NCBI GenBank assembly: GCA_041920275.1 | Contig: JAYRSE010000007.1 | Span: 20,517 to 84,516 of the forward strand | Source: Minisyncoccota bacterium | Lineage (GTDB): Bacteria; Patescibacteriota; Minisyncoccia; Phycocordibacterales; UBA12088 | DNA length: 64,000 nt | Direction: 5' to 3' | Shown: positions 39,111 to 47,603 of the stretch, piece after piece | How positions within the stretch are numbered: position 1 is the stretch's first letter | How the letters are laid out: every line of letters starts with the position of its first letter | Made by a program: the position numbers and the translations under genes | The notes under the pieces: generated by a model | What the model saw: only the letters and a program-made list of their open reading frames with translations | Database searches by the model: none | What the model was told of the DNA's origin: nothing

Positions 39111-40468
39111 ATACACACAATGACAGGACGCCACCACTCGTTTCCGAAGTGATGAAAGCGGAACTTCGTAAGAAATTCACGCGTATTTTGCGCGAAGAAT
39201 ATACCGGATCCGCACGAAGCTTGCTACCGGTCGTACGAGGCGTGCGCCGGAAGCGCGATCGATTCCTCGAGATCGTCCGGACGCATGGCACACCGTGCTT
39301 CGTGCTCGATGAAGAGGCGCTTGAAGACTCGCTCGAATCGTTCGATCGAGCGTTCAAGGCGATTCCCGACCTGGAAACATACTATGCGATAAAAGTGAAC
39401 GACCACCCGGTTGTATTGCGTACGATCGTTGAACATGGGTACGGACTGGACGCTTCGAGCGAACGTGAGCTCCGTCTTGCGATCGAAGCGGGAGCGAAAC
39501 GGATCATATACACCGGTCCCGCAAAGAGCCGCGCGGGACTTTCTCTTGCACTCGAACACGCCTCCAAGGTGGTAGTGCACCTCGACAGTTTTCACGAACT
39601 TGCACTCCTCGCGGAGGTCACTTCCGCACAAGAACGGGCAATCGTTGCGGGAGTACGGATCACCTCGGCGTCCGCGTGGAACAAATTCGGCATACCGCTT
39701 GAAGACCTGCGCCGATTCTATGACCTCGCCCGCAACCATCCGAGCATTGACCTATGCGGTATTCAGACACATCGGAGTTGGAACACGGACCACGAACCGT
39801 ACGTGGATACGATGCGTCAGGTTGCAACATACCTTGCGGACCATTTCACCACCGAAGAACGCGCCGGTTTCCGTTTTTACGACTTTGGTGGCGGTTTTGT
39901 CCCCGATGCAACGGAAGGAGAGCACCCGTGGTATTCGCCACAAGGAAAAGTGGTACGAGCCATCTACGAATACTTCGAGGAAGAAGCCCCCTTCCCCTAC
40001 AAACACCACACGTTCCGCTCATCACCACTGCGCGAATACGCACGCGGTATCGCCGTCGGTATAAAAAACCACCTCCGACCGACCCTTCCGAATGCACGGT
40101 ACATGACGGAGCCGGGTCGCATCATTGCCGACAGTGCGATGCATGTGCTGCTTCGTATAGCGGATCGCAAGGAAGGACTCATTATCGCGGATGGCGGCTT
40201 GAACATGATCGGATATGAGCGTTATGAAGATGAGTACTTTCCCATCGTAAACCTTACACATCCGGGAAAAAAGGAGATTGACTGCATGGTCTACGGCTCA
40301 CTCTGCATGATGCAAGACCGCTGGGGATACTCATGCTTCGCATCAAAACTCGAGATCGGTGACGTGCTCGTGGTACCGAACCAAGGCGCCTTGACCTACT
40401 CGCTCTCACAAGACTTCATTCACGGCAAACCCCCGGTGCACATACTTCCTCGTTCATCACGGAAGTGA
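39107..40468 (+). CDS. PLP-dependent decarboxylase, Orn/DAP/Arg (fold type III) family
   Basis: YAIKVN (PLP Lys), KFGI, DFGGG, EPGR and GSLCMMQD motifs; ATGA overlap with the upstream gene. Confidence 0.9.
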   Translation: MNTHNDRTPPLVSEVMKAELRKKFTRILREEYTGSARSLLPVVRGVRRKRDRFLEIVRTHGTPCFVLDEEALEDSLESFDRAFKAIPDLETYYAIKVNDHPVVLRTIVEHGYGLDASSERELRLAIEAGAKRIIYTGPAKSRAGLSLALEHASKVVVHLDSFHELALLAEVTSAQERAIVAGVRITSASAWNKFGIPLEDLRRFYDLARNHPSIDLCGIQTHRSWNTDHEPYVDTMRQVATYLADHFTTEERAGFRFYDFGGGFVPDATEGEHPWYSPQGKVVRAIYEYFEEEAPFPYKHHTFRSSPLREYARGIAVGIKNHLRPTLPNARYMTEPGRIIADSAMHVLLRIADRKEGLIIADGGLNMIGYERYEDEYFPIVNLTHPGKKEIDCMVYGSLCMMQDRWGYSCFASKLEIGDVLVVPNQGALTYSLSQDFIHGKPPVHILPRSSRK

Positions 40469-40561
40469 GATTGTCGATCAGTTAAGACCTGGGGTGTTTA
40501 CTTGTATCTCAATATGTTGTATCTTCATGCAAGACCTACATAACCGATAGCGGAGGTACCC

Positions 40562-40699
40562 ATGCATCACTGCGAATGTGGAAAACGCATCACCAAGATC
40601 CTGGTGCGCGGCAAGCAAAGGCCGCCACCGGACATACATCACAACCTCTGTACGAGATGTTGGAGGAGGCTCCTCGAGACACTAAGATGGTATTATTGA
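40562..40699 (+). CDS. Unannotated 45-aa Zn-finger-like microprotein
   Basis: GGAGGT RBS; MHHCECGKRITKILVRGKQRPPPDIHHNLCTRCWRRLLETLRWYY; followed by a hairpin. Confidence 0.65.
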   Translation: MHHCECGKRITKILVRGKQRPPPDIHHNLCTRCWRRLLETLRWYY

Positions 40700-40707
40700 T
40701 CCCGGAA

Positions 40708-40731
40708 ACCCACGACGGCAACGTCGTGGGT
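40708..40731 (+). terminator. Hairpin with GCAA loop
   Basis: ACCCACGACG-GCAA-CGTCGTGGGT. Confidence 0.65.
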
Positions 40732-40752
40732 CTGTTCGTATCTGACTACCGC

Positions 40753-41694
40753 CTAAAGCGGCATGAGGCCATTCACCACAAGCTCTGCACATACGAACGT
40801 GAGCCAAAAGAGAAAGAGTGCGCCCGCCTCTTTCTTTGAAATGACGTGCCCGGTCTTCATAAAACGGAACAACATGAACGATGCGACGACCATGAACATG
40901 CCGGTCACATAGATGATGCGGTGCGGGAAGTCGAACGGGTGAATAAGTGCCAAAAGCCCTACCACGACGGTCGCGTCCGCAAGGACCGTACCGAGTATGT
41001 CACCGAGTGCGAGCGAATCATCGCGCTTACGTACCGAACGAAGCGAGAAGAAGAGTTCCGGCATGGTGGTACCGAGCCCGATCACGAACATGCCGATCAA
41101 CACCACACTCACCCCGAGGTCCGACGCAAGCGCTTCAGCCGCGATGACGGCGAAATGGGCACCGACAAGCAAGGTCGCCATGCTGAGAAGAAGCATGAGG
41201 AACGATCGACGCCATCCGTCATGCTTTGGCACCGGCAAGGTGCCATCGGTACCATCACGGAGTGCGATGTAGTAGAACACCCCACCTGCAATGATGAGGG
41301 CAAGCCCGTCGAGGCGCGAATAGTGGCCGTTGAGACCGAGCACGACCGGGAGCAGCAGCATGAGCGGATACACGAGGTGATTTTTAACGATCTTTCCCTC
41401 GATCGAAAGTCCGCGCCGCGCAAAAAAGACGATGATCGCGACAATGAGCGTAAGGTCCGCAATATTCGAACCGAGCAAGGTACCGAGACCGAGCGATGGA
41501 ATACCTTCGAGCGCGGCGTTCACGGCGATCATGGTTTCGGGGAGTATGGAAATGACCGCCACGATGATGAAACCCACCGCATATTTCGAAAGGCGAAAAT
41601 GTCTTGCGAGCAACGCCGCGTACCGTGTCGCGAGCGTCGCCCCTTTCCCTACCAGAAAGAGTGCGGCCGCGAGAATGAAGAGGTCGTTCGTCAT
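40753..41694 (-). CDS. Sodium:calcium antiporter (YrbG-like)
   Basis: Two alpha-repeats: SILPE...GSNI and TTMPE...GTVL. Confidence 0.9.
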   Translation of the reverse strand: MTNDLFILAAALFLVGKGATLATRYAALLARHFRLSKYAVGFIIVAVISILPETMIAVNAALEGIPSLGLGTLLGSNIADLTLIVAIIVFFARRGLSIEGKIVKNHLVYPLMLLLPVVLGLNGHYSRLDGLALIIAGGVFYYIALRDGTDGTLPVPKHDGWRRSFLMLLLSMATLLVGAHFAVIAAEALASDLGVSVVLIGMFVIGLGTTMPELFFSLRSVRKRDDSLALGDILGTVLADATVVVGLLALIHPFDFPHRIIYVTGMFMVVASFMLFRFMKTGHVISKKEAGALFLFWLTFVCAELVVNGLMPL

Positions 41695-41708
41695 ATCGAT
41701 CCACGTGA

Positions 41709-43682
41709 CTATCGTCCCTCACCCGACGTCTTTTTTTTCAGAGTATCAAGCTTCTTCATGTACGCCAGGAACGTGAGAATGTACTGCGCGTGACTCCAGA
41801 TGAGCGGAGTGACCGAAGTTGGAGCGTGGGTTACAGGATGATACTGCTCGGCAAAAAGACCGGCCTCGTTCGCACGCCGCTTCATCCACTCGAGCCGTCG
41901 CCGAGGCATTTCCAGGTCCTGCAGGTCCTTTGCGCGCGCGATCTCATACTCTGCGACCCAACACGTGGTGACCACCCACGGATTACTTGCCGCATCGTGG
42001 TGTGCGAAGTATCGATCGCCATCGTAGCGCGCTATGCCGATACCCTCCACATCGGTCGTCAGCGCAGCACAGGTGCGTTCGTACACTCGCTCCAGGATCG
42101 GATCGTCCGGTGGGAGAACACCGAAGCGAAAGAGGCCGTAAAAGCTCGAGACGTCGACCGTCTCATCGAGCGATTGCTCGCCATGACTGGAAACAATGCA
42201 CTTCGCAGCGCGCCCATCTTGTGAGACAAGTGTACGCATGATACCATCACGCACCTCCTCGGCAGCAGTCCCCCATCTCCTGCAAGAAACCTCCTTACCA
42301 AGCAACTTGGCGAAAGATGCGGCGGTGGTAAGTGCCGCATATACCACACTTGACGTGTACGTGAACGCGCCCACACGCTCTTCCCACAGATCATGACTCG
42401 GAAGCGGCAGCTTCGTCTTTTTGTCTCTGTATCGAGCGAGAAAGTCGGCGACACGACGGATGTACGGGTTGTACATCTCCTCAATGAACTCGACATCATG
42501 CGTGAGCTCATAATGTCTCCCGAGGGCGATCAAAGTGATCGCGGTTTCATCTTCTTGAATGGGTGGCTGCGCACGTCCATCGCGCACCCACGGATGCCAC
42601 GAACTCCCGAGCGAACGATCGGTACGATATTTATGGAGCAGATATCCGTCGTCCGTAAGTGTTTCCTGTGCAAACTTGTGGAACGAACGCGAGATCGTGG
42701 TGTGACCGGTCTCCAAAAATGCGAGCACCACGTACGCCGAATCTCTGGGCCAACAGTAGCTGTAGGTATCACGCCCACTCTGCAAGATACTCGAATCGCC
42801 GGATGCGACCACCGCTCCGCCATTGTCCGTATGCGTGCGCATGACCAAAAGCGACCTGCGACACAATGTGACGAGCTCAGGATCGATACCTTCGGGGTGA
42901 CACCCCGGCCGATCCACCCAAGCCCTCCAGTAGTCCATAGTGGTCCTCAACAGATGCATGGGGCTTCTGGTCAAAATGTCACGATGGTGCCGTTCAACGA
43001 CGCGATACGACTGCCCCACCGCGATCCAGTATGAAAGCGAACGCGAACCCTTGCTTCGCACCGTCATGGTCAAGCCGAGCACCGAGTCGACACTGCCGTG
43101 TTCAATGCCGCTCTTCGAAAGAACGCCGTCCTCGGCATCACGCCACGTACCCTCTCTACCTTCGATACCCAGGAGACCAACCCCATAGTCATCAAAGAAG
43201 TCTTCGTCGCTTCGCGCTGAGACGAGGATGACTCGACGCCCCTTGTAGTGCACCAGTGCCTGCAACTCCGGCGAGTAGTACGCCGTATCCCCGCGCTCCG
43301 TCTCACTTATATGAAACTGTTGATTGAAAAAAACCTTGAACACGCGGTCGCGGTCGAAGAGATTCTCAACCGTTACCGAGCGCACGAAAATGTCATGTTC
43401 ATTGTAGACGATGTCGAAAAAAGAGAGAGCGATACCCGCCTCACGATGCACCGCGCGCACCGCACCGACCAACGTGTCCTTCTCATAGGTTACCTGCACC
43501 TCAAAGCCACCACCGGAAAGCCAGTGCATCGCACCGTCCACGAAAACACCAATACGATGCATGAGACGTTCACCAACATGGTTCTCAAGACCGACCTGGG
43601 GAAAATAGAAGTCGCGCACCTGACCCCACTCATCGTACACGATGAGGACATTCCCATTTCCCAATACGAGTGAGCGAGCCAT
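41709..43682 (-). CDS. Glycoside hydrolase family 15 (glucoamylase-like)
   Basis: YSYCWPRD, QEDET, DLWEE, FAEQ and PLIWSHA motifs. Confidence 0.92.
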   Translation of the reverse strand: MARSLVLGNGNVLIVYDEWGQVRDFYFPQVGLENHVGERLMHRIGVFVDGAMHWLSGGGFEVQVTYEKDTLVGAVRAVHREAGIALSFFDIVYNEHDIFVRSVTVENLFDRDRVFKVFFNQQFHISETERGDTAYYSPELQALVHYKGRRVILVSARSDEDFFDDYGVGLLGIEGREGTWRDAEDGVLSKSGIEHGSVDSVLGLTMTVRSKGSRSLSYWIAVGQSYRVVERHHRDILTRSPMHLLRTTMDYWRAWVDRPGCHPEGIDPELVTLCRRSLLVMRTHTDNGGAVVASGDSSILQSGRDTYSYCWPRDSAYVVLAFLETGHTTISRSFHKFAQETLTDDGYLLHKYRTDRSLGSSWHPWVRDGRAQPPIQEDETAITLIALGRHYELTHDVEFIEEMYNPYIRRVADFLARYRDKKTKLPLPSHDLWEERVGAFTYTSSVVYAALTTAASFAKLLGKEVSCRRWGTAAEEVRDGIMRTLVSQDGRAAKCIVSSHGEQSLDETVDVSSFYGLFRFGVLPPDDPILERVYERTCAALTTDVEGIGIARYDGDRYFAHHDAASNPWVVTTCWVAEYEIARAKDLQDLEMPRRRLEWMKRRANEAGLFAEQYHPVTHAPTSVTPLIWSHAQYILTFLAYMKKLDTLKKKTSGEGR

Positions 43683-43709
43683 GGCATGTTACCGTACACC
43701 CCGGATGTA

Positions 43710-44132
43710 CTACTTGCAGCAGGGTGAACGCAGTGCTTGCATCGTCTTCGCACGACTCGTGGCACCCTCGACCCGCGAAGCAAGCGCGTCTTTACCAAAA
43801 CAATCACGGAGCCATACCGCAAAATCGTTTCCATTACGCCTCGTGTGGTAGGAATACTGCTCGTCGGTCATCTCCCCAAGGGCCTCCATGAGCTCCGCAA
43901 CCGAGGAGACCACCGGCCCGTGGTGGATCCAGAACGCTTCTTCCGGTTTACATGCGGCGCGACACACGCATGCTGTGTCCCTGGTCGATGTTTTCTTTAC
44001 GGCGACACGCTTGCTCGCAGTCGTCGTACGCTTCTCCTTCACTACGGTCGACGGCGTTCGTGTCTCTTTCTTCTGCTTTGGGGTGGACGCCTTTTCTTCC
44101 ACCTTTTTCTGAGCCGGGGTCTTTGTAGGCAT
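43710..44132 (-). CDS. DUF5752-like protein with a Lys/Thr-rich N-terminus
   Basis: FW..G....S..EL...YH....NDFAVWL motif; lies within the glucan operon. Confidence 0.65.
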   Translation of the reverse strand: MPTKTPAQKKVEEKASTPKQKKETRTPSTVVKEKRTTTASKRVAVKKTSTRDTACVCRAACKPEEAFWIHHGPVVSSVAELMEALGEMTDEQYSYHTRRNGNDFAVWLRDCFGKDALASRVEGATSRAKTMQALRSPCCK

Positions 44133-44136
44133 ATGT

Positions 44137-45411
44137 TTATGACTTAATGGCTTGTAATACGGAACGAGTTTTATGTGAAAGGGCTTCCAGGAACGTACGC
44201 TTGTGCCGCCGTTCCGGAAGTGCACGCACACGCATGGTGAGGTCGTTGAGCACGTTCATGTACGCTATGAACGCTTCATAGGGGGAATCGTACGGACTGA
44301 AATACTTATGTACATCACCATCCTCCCACCATTTGGTGCACATGTAGTAGAAATGGTCCGAGGTGGTGAGTCGACGCCAATCACGCAAAAGCTCAGGGTC
44401 GTTGGCACTTTTGACCTCGCCCTCAATGGCATACAACGCGCGAAGTGCGTCGTGCTGTATCGGATTGCTGCGCCACGCGGAAAGGTCACGTTCGACGTCG
44501 GCCCACGAAACGTAGTCCGGCACATCGATCTCACCGACCGCGGGGTACCGCGTAAGCGCTTCCGTGGGAGTGACGAAGCCATTGTCCGGATAGCGCGTGA
44601 CTTCGTGCGGCAATGCCCGAAGAAAGTCAAAAATGCCCGTATCTTCCCACTGGTGCTCGCCGAACGTCTCGTAGTCCATGAAAAGGTTGATGACGTGCCC
44701 ATCGCCATTGTGCGCATCCACCCACTGGGCGAACTTCGGTGCCGTGAGCGGCCACTCTTCCCATCCGCGATTTGAAAACCGGAACGCGATGTCGTCGGAG
44801 AGTTTGTAGTGCTTGAGCAGCAAGCGAAAACCGGGATCGTTGCGCGCATGGTACACGTAGGTCGGTTTTCGCCAACCGAGCACATGGTCGGCCCCTTCCG
44901 CAAGCATGCCGAGGTACCCCATGTCGGCGACCATGGCGGCGATGTCGTTGCGGTAGATAAGCTCCGTATTGCGAAACACGTACGGCCGCACGCCGAACAA
45001 CTCGCGCACCTTACGCGCGTGCATCCGCACCTGTTCGCGAAACTCATCGGGTGACTCGAGGAACGCAAGCGAGTGATAGTAGGTCTCCGAAAGCACTTCC
45101 ACACGGCCGGTGTCAATGAGACGTTTGAAAGACTCCACCACCTCGGGCGCATACTCTTCGAACTGTTCAAGCGCGATCCCGGAGAACGAGAACGCGACCT
45201 TGAAATCCGGATGTGTCCTCAGGCTTTCAAGCAACGTGGCGTTTGCCGGCAAGTAACACTTTTCTGCCACCTTACGCACGATACGGGCGTTGTTGGTGTC
45301 ACGCTCCGAGTCGTCGTTGAAGTACCGATGATCGGCACCGATATCAAAAAAGCCGTAACGCTTGACGCGTCGTGGCTGATGGACTTGAAAATACATGCAC
45401 ACCGCACTCAT
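44137..45411 (-). CDS. Glycoside hydrolase family 57
   Basis: FQVHQP, ETYYHS, FRNTEL, MDYETFGEH and TSDH motifs. Confidence 0.93.
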   Translation of the reverse strand: MSAVCMYFQVHQPRRVKRYGFFDIGADHRYFNDDSERDTNNARIVRKVAEKCYLPANATLLESLRTHPDFKVAFSFSGIALEQFEEYAPEVVESFKRLIDTGRVEVLSETYYHSLAFLESPDEFREQVRMHARKVRELFGVRPYVFRNTELIYRNDIAAMVADMGYLGMLAEGADHVLGWRKPTYVYHARNDPGFRLLLKHYKLSDDIAFRFSNRGWEEWPLTAPKFAQWVDAHNGDGHVINLFMDYETFGEHQWEDTGIFDFLRALPHEVTRYPDNGFVTPTEALTRYPAVGEIDVPDYVSWADVERDLSAWRSNPIQHDALRALYAIEGEVKSANDPELLRDWRRLTTSDHFYYMCTKWWEDGDVHKYFSPYDSPYEAFIAYMNVLNDLTMRVRALPERRHKRTFLEALSHKTRSVLQAIKS

Positions 45412-46634
45412 ACTCGTAGAACGGTCTTTTTCAAAGACCTATAGATCATCATACAGCGTTCCGCCACTCTTCTCCAAGTCTGTGCCCCCGCCTCGCGACG
45501 CCCCTCGCGGGAAAGTGTTTCGCGCAGCGAGGGATGGTCGAGCACCGCGGCGATCTTGTTCGCCATATCATCGGTATCCCAAAAATCGACCTTGAGCGCG
45601 TTGTGTATCACCTCGGAAACACCCGACTGTTTCGAAATGAGAACCGGGGTGCCATTCAAAAGCGACTCGAGCGGCACGATACCGAACGGCTCCGAGACCG
45701 AGGGCATGACGACCACATCGGCCAATCCATAAAGTCGCGCGAGCTGCTTGTCACGCAAGAAACCGGTGAAAAGCACCCGATCTCCGATGCCGAGGTACGC
45801 CGCACGATCGATGACCGCCTGCGCCATGTCGCCCGAACCGGATACCACGAACAGTGTGTTCGTACGCCGAGAGAGGACCTTCTTCGCCGCTTCCAAAAAG
45901 TAGTCGGGGCCCTTCTGCAGTGTGAGTCGACCAACAAAAAGCACGATGCTCCACCCGAGACCCTTGAACCTGCGCATATCGGACTCGGTGGCGCTTGCGA
46001 CCGCAATGTCATCCGAATCGATACCGTTGTGCACCACCACCACCTTGTCGGGATCGATGCCGTACCGATCGACAACGATGCGCTTCGTGTATTCGGAGAC
46101 GGTCACCACGACATCCGCCTCGTACATACCTCGACGTTCGATATCGTAAATGGACTGATTCACCTTACCGAAACCGGTACGGTCGAACTCGGTGGCATGA
46201 ACATGAGCCACGAGCGGAGCTCCCGTAGCACGCTTTGCCGCCATTCCGGCCGGGTAGCAGAGCCAGTCATGCATGTGAATCACATCCGGCTGTTGTGCCA
46301 ATGCGACCATGGGCGAAAGTGCGGCGTAGCGGAGCACCTCGTCGAACAGGCTCGGACCGTACTGCAACTCCGGGTATTGGCCACGCAAGAAACGCAGCCG
46401 GTCATCGGTCATGTATCCGTTCGCAAAGGAATCCGCCTCTACGGCAGTAAGCGGGCGTGCTTCATCGGCAAAGAGCATACGTGCGCCACTATTTGCGACC
46501 GGATACTTGCGCGGGAGCACAAAGCGAACGTCGGCACCCTCGGCAACGAGGCCGCGTGCCAGGCCATGGCACGCAACGCCAAGACCACCACTGTTGTGCG
46601 GTGGGTACTCCCAGCCGTACATAAGTACACGCAT
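45408..46634 (-). CDS. GT4 glycosyltransferase (glycogen-synthase-like)
   Basis: WEYPP..SGGLG, HDW, HATE and EPFGIVPLE motifs. Confidence 0.92.
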   Translation of the reverse strand: MRVLMYGWEYPPHNSGGLGVACHGLARGLVAEGADVRFVLPRKYPVANSGARMLFADEARPLTAVEADSFANGYMTDDRLRFLRGQYPELQYGPSLFDEVLRYAALSPMVALAQQPDVIHMHDWLCYPAGMAAKRATGAPLVAHVHATEFDRTGFGKVNQSIYDIERRGMYEADVVVTVSEYTKRIVVDRYGIDPDKVVVVHNGIDSDDIAVASATESDMRRFKGLGWSIVLFVGRLTLQKGPDYFLEAAKKVLSRRTNTLFVVSGSGDMAQAVIDRAAYLGIGDRVLFTGFLRDKQLARLYGLADVVVMPSVSEPFGIVPLESLLNGTPVLISKQSGVSEVIHNALKVDFWDTDDMANKIAAVLDHPSLRETLSREGRREAGAQTWRRVAERCMMIYRSLKKTVLRV

Positions 46635-46868
46635 TGTATGAACTATGCCGGCACGCGCGTTACGGCTTGCACGCCCCGCATTGCTTTTCAGTATACACCA
46701 AAACGGTATTCGGCATGCCGAACGCTGTGCATAACTCACAAATTCCTCTGATCGAGCGTCGCGAACGAGGTGTTGTCATACGAAAGAAACCGGGTATCTG
46801 CCGCGTAGTACACAGCAGACCGATCGGAAATACATTACCTATTCAACAATAAATAATGAACTAAACGT

Positions 46869-47288
46869 ATGGAAACGAACATCATCAACACGAAAGTCAT
46901 AGCGTTCAGCACGGTTGCGGCGCTGTTAGGGGCGGGTTTCGCCATGGCCATGAGCGCCTCGGCGGCCGGCCCGCAGGGCGGTCTTGCGCGCGGCACCTGT
47001 GACCCTGAGCGGCACGAAGCCGTCGAGAAGGCCATGGAGGATGGCGACTATGAGGCATGGAAGGAACTACATGGCGGCCGCGGGCGCATCGCGAGCGTTG
47101 TAAATGAGGATAACTTTGACACCTTCGTCGCGATGCACGAGGCGATGGAAAGCGGTGACACGGAGAAAGCCGCCGAACTGCGCGAGGAACTCGGCCTCAA
47201 CGCCTCAGGTCACCGCGGTGGCGGTCGAGGTGGCATGCACCGCGGCATGGGTGCCGGGGATGGTGTGCAGAACAACTGGGGCAACTAA
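46869..47288 (+). CDS. Secreted helical hypothetical protein with a Gly-rich tail
   Basis: Signal peptide ending ASA; followed by a terminator. Confidence 0.75.
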   Translation: METNIINTKVIAFSTVAALLGAGFAMAMSASAAGPQGGLARGTCDPERHEAVEKAMEDGDYEAWKELHGGRGRIASVVNEDNFDTFVAMHEAMESGDTEKAAELREELGLNASGHRGGGRGGMHRGMGAGDGVQNNWGN

Positions 47289-47307
47289 AACTTGTGTGAA
47301 CATCTGA

Positions 47308-47338
47308 AACAGAGGCGGGCGAATCGCCCGCCTCTGTT
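47308..47338 (+). terminator. Intrinsic terminator hairpin
   Basis: AACAGAGGCGGGCGA-A-TCGCCCGCCTCTGTT. Confidence 0.75.
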
Positions 47339-47343
47339 CGTTC

Positions 47344-47376
47344 ATGATTGAAGTCAACCTCCAATCATCCAATCAT
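47344..47376 (+). repeat. REP-like hairpin, copy 4 (solitary), plus a duplicated arm
   Basis: ATGATTGAAGTCAACCTCCAATCAT, identical to 9543-9567, followed by CCAATCAT. Confidence 0.9.
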
Positions 47377-47603
47377 GGTGTGTTGGGGACTCGCAAAAGC
47401 AAGGAGGAGCCGCGCGGCGGTTCCGTTCGCTCTCGCCACACCACGAGGTGCAAAACGGTAGCGGAGCGACACAGCATCCATGGGTCACTCCGTTCAGTGT
47501 CGACACTGCGCACAATGAAATACTAGTATTAATTACTGTACTAATTACAGTAATTATATCGAGACGTCGGTAGTGTCTGCTCGAAACGAATAGCACGAGA
47601 ACC

